Shown here in pieces: positions 1-9,200 of a DNA stretch of 17,883 nucleotides. The stretch's first letter is position 1, and every line of letters starts with the position of its first letter. Both the position numbers and the translations under genes were made by a program. Source of the stretch: Myxococcota bacterium. Its GTDB lineage: Bacteria; Myxococcota_A; Polyangia; Polyangiales; Sandaracinaceae. The notes beneath the pieces were generated by a model. That model saw only the letters and a program-made list of their open reading frames with translations, searched no databases and was not told the origin of the DNA. The stretch is taken from contig JAYZQJ010000052.1 of NCBI GenBank assembly GCA_036149055.1, positions 1-17,883 of the forward strand, written 5' to 3'.

Positions 1-77
1 TGGCGGCGGGGTGGCGGCTGGCCGGCGGGTTCCGGTCGGTGGGTGGTGGCGAGGCACCATCCCGCGGCCGCGTGTCC

Positions 78-133
78 CTTTGCGTCTTCGCGTCTTTGCG
101 CGAGTAATTCGGAGGACCCGCAGCTTACTCGCG
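78..133. repeat. Three tandem 8-mers (CTTYGCGY) followed by a 9-bp perfect inverted repeat, downstream of tatC
   Basis: ctttgcgt 78-85, cttcgcgt 86-93, ctttgcgc 94-101. cgcgagtaa (99-107) pairs with ttactcgcg (125-133) around a 17-nt loop, 15 bp past the tatC stop. There is no clear U-tract, so terminator function is unproven. Confidence 0.45.
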
Positions 134-147
134 GTCGGGTCGAGAGC

Positions 148-1032
148 TCACCGCTCGAAGCCGTCTTCGGTCTTCTCGCCCGGCTTGACGACCTTGGGGC
201 CGAAGAAGAAGGAGAAGACGACGCTGACCCAGTAGAGGACGTTCAGCGGGATGGCCATCATCATCTGGGAGCCCGGATCGGGCGGGGTCAGCAGCGCGGC
301 GACGATCACCGAGATCACCAGCCACCACCGCCCGAACTTCACCAGCTGCCGCCAGTTCACGAGGCCGGCGAAGCTGAGGAACGCGATCACGACCGGGACC
401 TGGAAGGTGACCCCGAAGGCGACCAGCAGGCGCGCGGTCAGCGAGAGGTAGGAGTCGACGGTGACGATCTCGGTCAGGACGATCGCGCCGGAGCCGACGT
501 CGCCGCCGAACTGCAGGAACGTCTGGTAGGCGAGCGGCAGGACGAGCGCGTAGCCGAAGTAGCAGCCGGCGAGGAAGAACAGCGTCGAGACCCCGATGAA
601 GGGGAAGACGAGGCGCTTCTCGCGGCGGTAGAGCCCGGGCGCCACGAAGCCGTAGATCTGCCAGAAGACCCAGGGGCTGGCGAAGATGAGGCCGACGATG
701 GCGCTCATCACCAGGTAGACGATGAACGGGTCCATCGGGCCCGTGTAGTGCAGCTCGACCGGCTGCAGCTCCTCGGCGCTCTGCGGGTAGGGGTGGGTGA
801 GCCAGAACCAGAGGACGTCGGGGTCGATGTTCTCGGTGAGCTTGCCGCGGTTCCACGGGATCGCGAGCCACTCGAGGATCTGCTCCCGGAAGTACCAGGC
901 GGCGCCGAAGAACGGGAGGATGCCGATCAGGGCGCGGATCAGCCGCGTCCGGAGCTCCGCGAGGTGCTCGAAGAAGGTCATCTCGACGTCGTCCTCGGGG
1001 ACGGGCGTCTCGTCGGTCTCCTCCTCCGCCAT
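148..1032 (-). CDS. tatC: Twin-arginine translocase subunit TatC
   Basis: Motifs EMTFFEHLAELRTRL, PWVFWQIYGFVAPGLYRREKR, FGVTFQVPV and AALLTPPDPGSQMMMAIPL, with six hydrophobic segments. Its ATG overlaps the tatB stop (TGATG). Confidence 0.97.
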   Translation of the reverse strand: MAEEETDETPVPEDDVEMTFFEHLAELRTRLIRALIGILPFFGAAWYFREQILEWLAIPWNRGKLTENIDPDVLWFWLTHPYPQSAEELQPVELHYTGPMDPFIVYLVMSAIVGLIFASPWVFWQIYGFVAPGLYRREKRLVFPFIGVSTLFFLAGCYFGYALVLPLAYQTFLQFGGDVGSGAIVLTEIVTVDSYLSLTARLLVAFGVTFQVPVVIAFLSFAGLVNWRQLVKFGRWWLVISVIVAALLTPPDPGSQMMMAIPLNVLYWVSVVFSFFFGPKVVKPGEKTEDGFER

Positions 1033-1409
1033 CAGGCCTCGCTCGCCGCCTTCTCCGCCTCGCGGCGGCGGGCGTCCTCACGGAGCACCGCGAGGTCGAT
1101 CCCCTCGGGCGGCACCTCCCGGACCCGGTCGGCGTAGCGGATGGCGCGCTTCTGCACGCTCGGCTTCTTGGCCGGGATGGCCTTCGTCTTGGCCGGCGGG
1201 ACGTAGAGGGGCTTCCGCAGGTCCTTGAGGTCTTCGTCCTGGAGGATGTCGTCGATCCCGGTGCTGGCGCGGAGCTCTCGGGTGGCGCGGCGGAACTCCC
1301 GGTAGGCCCGGACGACCGCCTTGAGCAGCCCTGGGAGACGCGTCGGTCCGACCGCGATGAGCAGGACGATCGCGATGACTACGAGCTCGGTGCCGCCGAT
1401 GCCGAACAT
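1032..1409 (-). CDS. tatB: Twin-arginine translocase TatA/TatB family subunit, probably TatB
   Basis: N-terminus MFGIGGTELVVIAIVLLIAVGPTRLP (TM helix, GP hinge, amphipathic helix). 125 aa, immediately upstream of tatC. Confidence 0.88.
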   Translation of the reverse strand: MFGIGGTELVVIAIVLLIAVGPTRLPGLLKAVVRAYREFRRATRELRASTGIDDILQDEDLKDLRKPLYVPPAKTKAIPAKKPSVQKRAIRYADRVREVPPEGIDLAVLREDARRREAEKAASEA

Positions 1410-1451
1410 GCGGTGCGTCGGGTTGTAGCACTTCGCCCGGCGGCGGCGAGG

Positions 1452-3284
1452 CTACTCCGCGGACGCCACGCGGAGCCGCTCGGCCGCGTTGGAGAGCTCG
1501 CGCAGGTGCCCCTCGTAGTTCCGGGTCAGCTCGTGGATGCGCTTGACCGCGTTGAGGGTCTGCTCGGAGCTGCGCGCCTGGGCGCGCTGGCTCTGGTGCA
1601 GCTCGTTGACCATGCCGCTGATGTTCTCGATGGCCTGGCTGATCTGACGGCCGCCGCGGGCCTGCTCCTGACTCGACCGCTCCACGTGCTGGGTGATCAG
1701 ACGCATCTTCTCGGCGCTCTTCATGATCAGCTCGGAGCCGCGGGCCTGCTCGGCGGTGGCCGCGGCGATCTGCTGCACCGTCTCGGCGATGCGGCCGATG
1801 GCGTCGGTGACCTGCTTGGAGCCCTTGGCCTGCTCGACGGTCGCGCGGGCGATCGCGCGCACCATGCTGGTGGACTTCTGCGAGCTGGAGAGGATCTTCT
1901 TGAGGGCGCGCTCCGCCTCGGCGCTGACCTCGACGCCGCGGTCGACGGTGGCCGCGCCGAGCTGCACGGCGGCGATGCCCTTCTTGGACTCCGCCTGGAT
2001 GGTCTTGATCAGCTCGGCGATCTCCTTGGTGGAGGCGCCGGCGCGCTCGGCGAGGTCCTTGATCTCGTCGGCCACGACCGCGAAGCCCTTGCCGTGCTCG
2101 CCGGCCTGGGCCGCGATGATGGCGGCGTTGAGCGCGAGCAGGTTGGTCTGCTCGGCGACGTCGTCGATGACGTTGAGGATGTCGCCGATCGCCTCGATCC
2201 GGCTGCCGAGGTTGCCGATGACCTGCACCGCCTCGGAGCTGGTCTCCTTGATGCGGTTGATCTCGTCGATGGTCTTGAGGATCGCCTCGGCGCCCTTCTC
2301 GGCGTCGGAGGCCACCTCCTCGGAGAGCCGCGCGGTCTCGTTGGCGTTCGACTGGACCTGGTCGATCGAGACGTCCATCTGGTTCATGGACGAGCTCGTC
2401 TCCTCGGCGGTGAGCGAGAGCGCGTCGACGTTCCGGGCCACCTCCTTGATCGAGTAGGTCATCTCCTCGATCGAGCTGACGGTCTCGCGCACGCTGTTGG
2501 CGAGGTTCGCCATGTTCTCGGCGACCTCGTCGTTGGTCGCGGTCATCTCCAGGATCGAGCTCGAGCTCTCCTCGGCGTTGGTCGCCAGGGCCTCGACGTG
2601 CTGCGCGATCTGGTGGAGCGCGGCGCTGATCTCCTGCATCGAGCCGATCGTCTGCTCGACCGCCGCCATCTGCTCGCCGAAGCCGGCGGAGAGCTTGTCG
2701 ACGTGCTCGGCGACCGTGCCCTCGGCGTCGCGGACGTGGGTCTGGCTCGCCTGGTAGCGGCCGCGCATCTTGTCGAGCTCGCGCTGGGCCTCGTCGAGGC
2801 TGGCGTCGACGCTCGCCTTGGCGCCCTCGATGAGGTCGAGCTGGGCGCGGAGGGTCTCCGCCTCGCCGGTCTCGCCGCCGCCGCGCCGCTCCTCCTCGAG
2901 CTCGGCGCGCAGCCGGCCGGCCTCCTCGTCGAGGCGCTCGACCGAGCTGCGCAGCTCGGCCTCCTGCTCGCGCGCCCGCTGGATCTTCAGCGCCGCGTCT
3001 CCGAGCTGGTCCCAGATCCGCATCTCGTCGGCCCCGAGGCCCGGCGGGCGGGCCGGCGTGCGGCCGTCGAGCACGTCGCGCACCGCCGCGTCGAGGCCCT
3101 CGGATCCGCCGCCCTCCATGCCGCTGGCGACCACCAGGCCGCCGGCGAGGGCGAGCAGCCAGCTCACCAGGCTCGCGAGGTAGGCGTTGGGGAGCTTGTC
3201 GGCGAAGCCGACCGCCGCGAGGCCGATCAGGGCCACGACCACCCCGGGCCAGAAAGTACGACTCTTGAGAAGCTTGTCGATCAC
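1452..3284 (-). CDS. Methyl-accepting chemotaxis protein: 2 TM with almost no periplasmic domain, degenerate HAMP, long signalling domain
   Basis: Hairpin tip [46 protein letters not shown] methylation-type pairs, two N-terminal hydrophobic helices joined by a short loop, GTG start. Confidence 0.95.
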   Translation of the reverse strand: MIDKLLKSRTFWPGVVVALIGLAAVGFADKLPNAYLASLVSWLLALAGGLVVASGMEGGGSEGLDAAVRDVLDGRTPARPPGLGADEMRIWDQLGDAALKIQRAREQEAELRSSVERLDEEAGRLRAELEEERRGGGETGEAETLRAQLDLIEGAKASVDASLDEAQRELDKMRGRYQASQTHVRDAEGTVAEHVDKLSAGFGEQMAAVEQTIGSMQEISAALHQIAQHVEALATNAEESSSSILEMTATNDEVAENMANLANSVRETVSSIEEMTYSIKEVARNVDALSLTAEETSSSMNQMDVSIDQVQSNANETARLSEEVASDAEKGAEAILKTIDEINRIKETSSEAVQVIGNLGSRIEAIGDILNVIDDVAEQTNLLALNAAIIAAQAGEHGKGFAVVADEIKDLAERAGASTKEIAELIKTIQAESKKGIAAVQLGAATVDRGVEVSAEAERALKKILSSSQKSTSMVRAIARATVEQAKGSKQVTDAIGRIAETVQQIAAATAEQARGSELIMKSAEKMRLITQHVERSSQEQARGGRQISQAIENISGMVNELHQSQRAQARSSEQTLNAVKRIHELTRNYEGHLRELSNAAERLRVASAE

Positions 3285-3379
3285 TGTGGCGCAGTCCTGC
3301 CCTACGGCCCTGCCCGCCCGTGGCGCGCGGAGGCCGCAGCGTACCCGCCCGGCTCGTTTTTCCGCAAGATGTCGGTGGC

Positions 3380-4312
3380 GTGGAGAGGCGACGAATACCG
3401 GGGACCGAGCTGGAGGTGTCGGCGGTCGGGCTGGGCTGCTGGGCCCTGGGCGGCGAGCACTGGGGGGACGACGTCGACCCCGAGGAGGGCAAAGCGGCCG
3501 TCCGGGCGGCGCTCGAGGCCGGGGTGACGCTCTTCGACACGGCGCCGCTCTACGGGGCGGGGCGGGCCGATCGGCTGCTCCGGGAGGCGCTCGGGCCCCA
3601 CCTCCGCGAGGTGGTGGTGGCCACCAAGGTCGGCGCGCGCATGGAGGGCGCCCACGCCATCAGCGATCTCTCGCCCGCCCACGTGCGGGCCGACGTCGAG
3701 GCCAGCCTGCGGCGCCTCGGCGTGGAGCGGCTCGATCTCCTCCAGGCCCACTGGCCCTGCGAGCGGGGCACGCCGCTGGCCGACACGATGGAGGCGCTCG
3801 TGCGGCTCCGGGAGGAGGGCAAGGTGCGACACCTCGGCCTCTGCAACCACGGGCCGGAGGCGATCGAGGCGTGGGCCGACGCGCTGGCCGTGGCGCAGAC
3901 CCCGCTGTCGCTGATCCGCCGGGAGGGGCTGTCGGACGTGGTGCCGGCGGCGCGGCGGGGAGGCGTGGGCGTGCTCGCCTACGAGCCGCTCGCCCGGGGG
4001 CTGCTGAGCGGGAAGTTCCGGGCGCTGCCGCGCTTCCCCGAGAGCGACATGCGGCGCCGGGATCCGCGCTTCTGGGCCTCGCGCTTCGGGCAGCTCGCGC
4101 CGTCGGTCGGGCGCCTCCGGGCGATGGCGGCCCGGGTCGGCGTGCCCCCCGCCGCCCTCGCCGTCGCCTGGGTCGCGTCTCGCCCGGGGGTCACCGCCGC
4201 CCTCGTCGGCGCCAAGCGCCCGGCCCAGGTCCGGGAGAACGTGCAGGCGTCCCGCCTCCTCGCCCGCCCCGACGCCGCCACCCTGCTCGACGCCGTCGGC
4301 ACGCGCTTCTGA
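3380..4312 (+). CDS. Aldo/keto reductase
   Basis: [21 protein letters not shown] (catalytic D, Y), ATKVG (K), DLLQAHWP (H), [36 protein letters not shown] at 3380 preferred over 3320 because family homology begins there. Confidence 0.95.
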   Translation: MERRRIPGTELEVSAVGLGCWALGGEHWGDDVDPEEGKAAVRAALEAGVTLFDTAPLYGAGRADRLLREALGPHLREVVVATKVGARMEGAHAISDLSPAHVRADVEASLRRLGVERLDLLQAHWPCERGTPLADTMEALVRLREEGKVRHLGLCNHGPEAIEAWADALAVAQTPLSLIRREGLSDVVPAARRGGVGVLAYEPLARGLLSGKFRALPRFPESDMRRRDPRFWASRFGQLAPSVGRLRAMAARVGVPPAALAVAWVASRPGVTAALVGAKRPAQVRENVQASRLLARPDAATLLDAVGTRF

Positions 4313-4315
4313 GGC

Positions 4316-5146
4316 CTATTCGCAGGCGCCGCCGCCGCAGTCGGAGGTGCAGATCCAGAAGCCGGTCTCGTCGCAGCCGCAGTTGCTCGGCTCGCAGCCC
4401 GCGGTGGCATCGCAGGTCTGGCCGCGCGGGCAGCCCCGGGTGCGGCAGCCGGTGGGGGGCGCGGCGACGCAGCCGTCGGCGGCGCAGACGTTGCCGCGGC
4501 AGCAGCCCGGGATCGCCGGGTCACACCAGCAGAAGGCGCCCGCGTAGCACTTCTGGGTGCGGCCGTCGCTGGCGGTCGGGCAGTCCGAGTCGACCTCGCA
4601 CTGGTTCGGAGGCGCGCACTCGCAGGGCGAGCAGCCGTTCCGCATGTAGGGCGCCCAGCCGTCGGCGCAGGCGATGTCGCAGAGCAGCCCGTCGTTGTCG
4701 CACGGCACGCAGGTGCCCTCCTCGCACCACCGCTCGCCGCTCGCGCAGTCCGCGTCCTCGTCGCAGCCGAGGTCGAGGCACTCGGCGTACGTCCGCTCGC
4801 AGGTCTCCTGCTCGCCGAAGAGGTCGTCGCAGTCGGCGCCCTCGCAGCGGCACCACGCGATCTGTGCGCACTCGGTGCCGTCCCAGCGCCAGCGGATGGC
4901 GGGGTCCTCGCTCGGTCCGCACGGCGCGCCTTCGCGCACGTCCTGGGCCCCGCAGGCGCCCGCGTCGACGGGCGGCGCGGCGTCGGGGAGCGAGGCGTCG
5001 TCGGGGGGCGGGGCGTCCATCGGCGGCGGGGTGGCGTCCATCGGCCGGGCCGCGTCGAGGCCCCCGTCGGTCTCGCCCGCGCCATCACCGCAGCCCATCA
5101 GCGTCAGCGCGACCGCGAAGAAGAGGCGAAGGAAGAGGGAGCGCAT
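4316..5146 (-). CDS. Cysteine-rich lipoprotein with Kunitz-, antistasin- and pacifastin-like Cys modules
   Basis: Signal peptide MRSLFLRLFFAVALTLMG-C (lipobox), then an Asp/Ala/Pro linker and 36 further Cys. ATG at 5146 preferred over 5182. Confidence 0.8.
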   Translation of the reverse strand: MRSLFLRLFFAVALTLMGCGDGAGETDGGLDAARPMDATPPPMDAPPPDDASLPDAAPPVDAGACGAQDVREGAPCGPSEDPAIRWRWDGTECAQIAWCRCEGADCDDLFGEQETCERTYAECLDLGCDEDADCASGERWCEEGTCVPCDNDGLLCDIACADGWAPYMRNGCSPCECAPPNQCEVDSDCPTASDGRTQKCYAGAFCWCDPAIPGCCRGNVCAADGCVAAPPTGCRTRGCPRGQTCDATAGCEPSNCGCDETGFWICTSDCGGGACE

Positions 5147-5214
5147 GACGCGATCGTGAGCCACCCGCGTGGCGCGGGGCAAGTCCGGGGGTACGTGTCA
5201 CCCGGGGTGAAGCG

Positions 5215-5727
5215 ATGGAACGCATCATCGTGGGGACGGACTTCTCCCGTTCGTCCGAAGAGGCCGTGCAGGTCGCCGGAGAGTGGGCGCGCGCCTACGA
5301 CGCCGAGCTGACCCTGGTCCACGTGCTCGGCGTGCCCGAGCTGGCGCACTACGAGGTCGAGCAGCCCATCCGGGAGCACCGCGAGCTCGAGGAGGCGGTG
5401 CACGAGGCGCTCGACGCGATGGAGGAGCGCCTCCTCGAGGACGTCCGCAGCCGGACGGCGATCGTGCGCGGCCACGGCCAGATCGGGGCCAGCGCGGCCG
5501 AGGGCATCGTCGCGCTCGCCGACGACCTCGACGTCGATCTCATCGTCGTCTCGACGCACGGCAAGAGCGGGCTGACCCGCCTCCTGCTCGGCAGCGTCGC
5601 GGAGCGCGTCGCGCGCTCGGCCGGCCGGCCGGTGCTGACGGTGCCGGTGGGCGCTACTTCACGACCACGACGGGTCGGACGCACGGCGCGGCGTCGCTCG
5701 AAGCCGCCGCCTTCGCTCCAGCCGTGA
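5215..5727 (+). CDS. Universal stress protein (UspA family)
   Basis: RIIVGTDFSRSSEEA...ELTLVHV...DLIVVSTHGKSGLTRLLLGSVAERVARSAGRPVLTVP, containing the G-x2-G-x6-GSV nucleotide-binding-type motif. Confidence 0.95.
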   Translation: MERIIVGTDFSRSSEEAVQVAGEWARAYDAELTLVHVLGVPELAHYEVEQPIREHRELEEAVHEALDAMEERLLEDVRSRTAIVRGHGQIGASAAEGIVALADDLDVDLIVVSTHGKSGLTRLLLGSVAERVARSAGRPVLTVPVGATSRPRRVGRTARRRSKPPPSLQP

Positions 5728-6184
5728 GCCGCACGATCGAAGACGCCTTCACCGCGTCCTCGGGCACCCAGCGCGCGCGCCGGAAGGTCGGCCGCTCCCG
5801 GCGGGGCGACGGCTGACGCTGACGCTCGAGCGCCGCCTCCAGGAGCCCCGTCTCGAACGGCGAGAGATCCTTCAGCGCGAGCCCGATGCCGGGCGCCCCG
5901 GGCCGCGAGCCGGTCACCAGCCGCACCACCGTGGCCTCGGCGTCGATCCAGACCTGGCTGCGCGGCGGCTTGAAGGACACCACGACCGTCTCCCCGAGCT
6001 TGGCCGCCACCCCGTTTGCGCGGAGCAGGAGGCCCTGCGGCGTGAGGTCGACGACCCGCTCCCCGAGGAGGAAGAAGTCCTCGTCCGTCACGCACTGGCA
6101 GTCGAGATCGACCGGCACCCGCGAGGCGCGTCGCCGCTCCCCCATGATGCCCTTCGGCAGCTCGTCTCCATCACGCTTCGGCAT
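5654..6184 (-). CDS. PilZ domain protein (putative c-di-GMP receptor)
   Basis: RRASR (RxxxR) and DLTPQG (DxSxxG variant), followed by ATVVR...GIGLAL beta-barrel pattern. GGAGG RBS just upstream of the ATG. Confidence 0.85.
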   Translation of the reverse strand: MPKRDGDELPKGIMGERRRASRVPVDLDCQCVTDEDFFLLGERVVDLTPQGLLLRANGVAAKLGETVVVSFKPPRSQVWIDAEATVVRLVTGSRPGAPGIGLALKDLSPFETGLLEAALERQRQPSPRRERPTFRRARWVPEDAVKASSIVRLTAGAKAAASSDAAPCVRPVVVVK

Positions 6185-6232
6185 GCGACCTCCACGTGCG
6201 GTTGTACGGATCCGCGCGATCGCGTCCAGAAT

Positions 6233-9200
6233 TCAGCTCGCAGGGACCTCGGTCACCTCGGTGCCGTCCAGGCGGAAGCGGCGCTTCTCGGTCTCGCGGG
6301 CCAGGGTCACGGGCACCCGCGCGACCCGCTCGTCGTCGGTGCCGAGCCCGGTGATCACGAGCAGCTCGGCCTCGATGTCGCGGATCTCGTCGCGGTCCGC
6401 GCGCCGCACCTCGAAGAGGTACTCGCCGTCCTCGCGCTCGCGGACCCGGCTCGCGTAGATGCCGAAGTCGTCGCCGCCGAGGTCGACCGCCTCCCAGCCC
6501 ACGTCCTCGTCGGTGCTGGGGTAGCGCACGACCATCTCCGGTCGATCGTCGGGGTGGCGCCAGGTGAGCGCGGCGAAGATCGCGGGCGGATCCCGGAGCG
6601 CGCCGGACTCGCGCTCACGCCGCCGGATCGCGCGGCGCATCTCCTCGGTCTCCGCGTCGAGCTCCAGGCGCGCCAGCCGCACCGTCGTCCAGAGCCGCGC
6701 CATGCCGGCCGCGCCCTCGTGCACGCTCGGGTCGGTCGACTCGCTGAGCCGCTGCTCGAGCCGGAGCGCCTCGTCCACGCGCCCCGCGTCCGCCGCCGCC
6801 CGGGCGAGGAGGAGCAGCACCGCGCCGTCGCCGGGCCGGAGCCGGGCCAGCGTGCGGTACTCGCGGTAGGCGTCGTCCGCCCAGCCGTGCGCCCGGTAGA
6901 GGTCGCCGAGCCGGCGGCGCGCCCAGGGATCGAGCGGGGTGCGCTCGACGAGCTCGCTGAAGACGCGGCGCGCCTCCGGCTCGTCGTCCTGACGGAGCCA
7001 GAACTCGCCGACCTGGGTGCGCACCCGCGCGTCCGCGAGCGGGTCCGCCCGGAGCTCCCGCGCGAGGCGCCGCGCCTCGGCCAGCTCGTCGGTCTGCTCG
7101 AGCAGGCTGAGCAAACGCAAGCGGAGATCCATCTCCTCCGGCGCGACCTCGAGCCAGCGGCGCACCAGGCGCAGCCGGTAGGCCGCGTCGGTGTTCTGCT
7201 TCCAGAGCCGCGAGAAGAGGCTCCAGTCCACCGGCACGTCCAGCCCGAGCCCCGCCCGCACCGCCTCGACGTCCGAGGGGCTGCGGACGTTGCGCAGGAT
7301 GATGCGCCGCAGGTAGTCGGCGATGGCCGCGTTGCCGCGGAAGGCGCGGTAGAGCGCGACCTGCCCGCGCACGCCGCCCGACTGGCCGATCATCATGTGC
7401 AGGAGCGTCCGGCGCGCGCGCCAGTTGGACAGCTCGCACTGCCGCTGCGCCTCGCGCCACACGCTGATGGCTCCGCCGACGCCGGAGTTGGCGGCGAGCC
7501 GCTCGCGCCAGAGCGCCCGGCGCACCTCCAGATCCTGTCGCGACGCGTCGCTGCACTGCCGCCGCGCGCCGAACTCGCGCTCCGGCATCTGGAAGCTCAG
7601 GGTGTGGCGCACGCTCACCGTCCCGCCCGCGCCGGTCGAGGGGTAGGGCAGCCCGCGGATCTCGGTCTCCACGCAGCGCCGCACGTCGTCGTCGCCCACC
7701 GTCTCGCGCACGATGTTGACGCCGCGCGCGTTGCCGTCGCCGTCGACCTCGACCTCGACGACCATCTCGCCCGAGAGATCGGGCCGCACGATCGAGCGCC
7801 GCTCGTAGCAGCCGCGCGGGCCCGACTCCCGGCTCTCGAGCACGCGCTGGACGGCGGCCCGGGCGAGGCCCCCGTCGCCGGCGCTCTCGCGCGGCGCGGG
7901 CGCGTCGGTGTCGCTGACCCGGGAGACCCAGGTCGACTCGGGCGCGGTGGCCACGTCGACCTCCGCCCGGCCCAGCCGCCGACGCCACCCGCCCGCGTCG
8001 CTCGTGAGCTCGGCCGCCGTGACGGTCGGGCTGCCGCCGCCGAGGCCCCAGGCGTAGGCGAGCGGATCGTGATCGAAGCCCTGCACCGGGGCGACGGTGC
8101 CGCCGTAGACGCCGCCCACCACGAGCGAGGTCCAGGGCGAGACGAGCGAGAAGCGCACGCCGAGGTCGACCATCGCCTCGCGGCCCGCGTCCTCGTCGAC
8201 GAGCTCACCGAGCCGGTTCTGCGCCCAGCGCTTCCGGATGTCGCCGCCATCCTGGACGGCGTCGCGGCGCACGCTCATGCGCTGCTCGAAGGGCTCGCCG
8301 TCGAAGTGACCGCGGACCGTGACCCGCTCGGGCATCGGGCCGACCAGCCGGCCCACCAGCCGGAGGTGCGCGCCGTTCTGCACGAGCATCGGCGGGCGCG
8401 GGTAGACGCGCTCGACGTTCTCGCCGAGATCGATCGAGACGCCGCGCAGGGTCGGCGCGGCCGCCTCCGCCAGGACGCCCATCACCGTGCGCGCGGCCTC
8501 GGTGCGCTCCTCCACCCGGGAGGCGTGCCCGTCGAAGAGGCGCCGCAGCAGCTCGAGGTTCGCGCCGTCGCCGATCGCGAGCCCGAAGAAGCGCGGCGGC
8601 GCGTCGAGGGTCGCGAGGGTGGCCCGGAGCGCGGTCGCGTCGAGATCGCCGGTCGTCGGCAGCCCGTCTCCCAGGTAGAGCACCGCGGCGCGCGGGCGGC
8701 CGGCGACCAGTTGCCCCGCGTCGCGCAGGCTCCGGTCGAGGTCGGTGGCGCCGCCGAGGTGCACGCGCGCGATGCTCTCGAGCAGCGCCTCCCGGTTCTC
8801 CTCGGTCGCCGGCACGAGCCCCTCGGGCGCTCCGTCGGGGGCGTGCGCGGTGACGTCGGCCAGCCGGATCGCGACCCGGTCGGAGGGCGTCACCTGCCGC
8901 AGCACCGCCTCGATCACCGCCCGGGCGATCTCGAGGTCCTCGGGGTCGGTCTCGCCGGAGACGTCGAGCAGCATCACCAGCTCGAGCGGCGGGGTCTCGC
9001 CCTCCTCGCTCTCGACCAGCGTCTCGGTCGGCACGTCGAAGAGCACGTAGCTCTCCTGCCCCTCGGCCGCGGGGCCGCCCCCCTGCTCGGCCGGCGCGGT
9101 GACGACGTAGGCCCGGACCTGATCCTCGGGCGGCGCCTCCTCGTCGTAGAGATCGAGGTAGAAGTCGGCGCGCGGTCGGAAGTCGCTCTGGCGGAGCACC

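Noticed and set aside
1..60. G-rich left end loosely mirroring the C-rich right end of the window, as possible terminal inverted repeats
   Set aside because: Similarity is weak and low-complexity, there is no transposase or integrase, and housekeeping tat genes lie inside.
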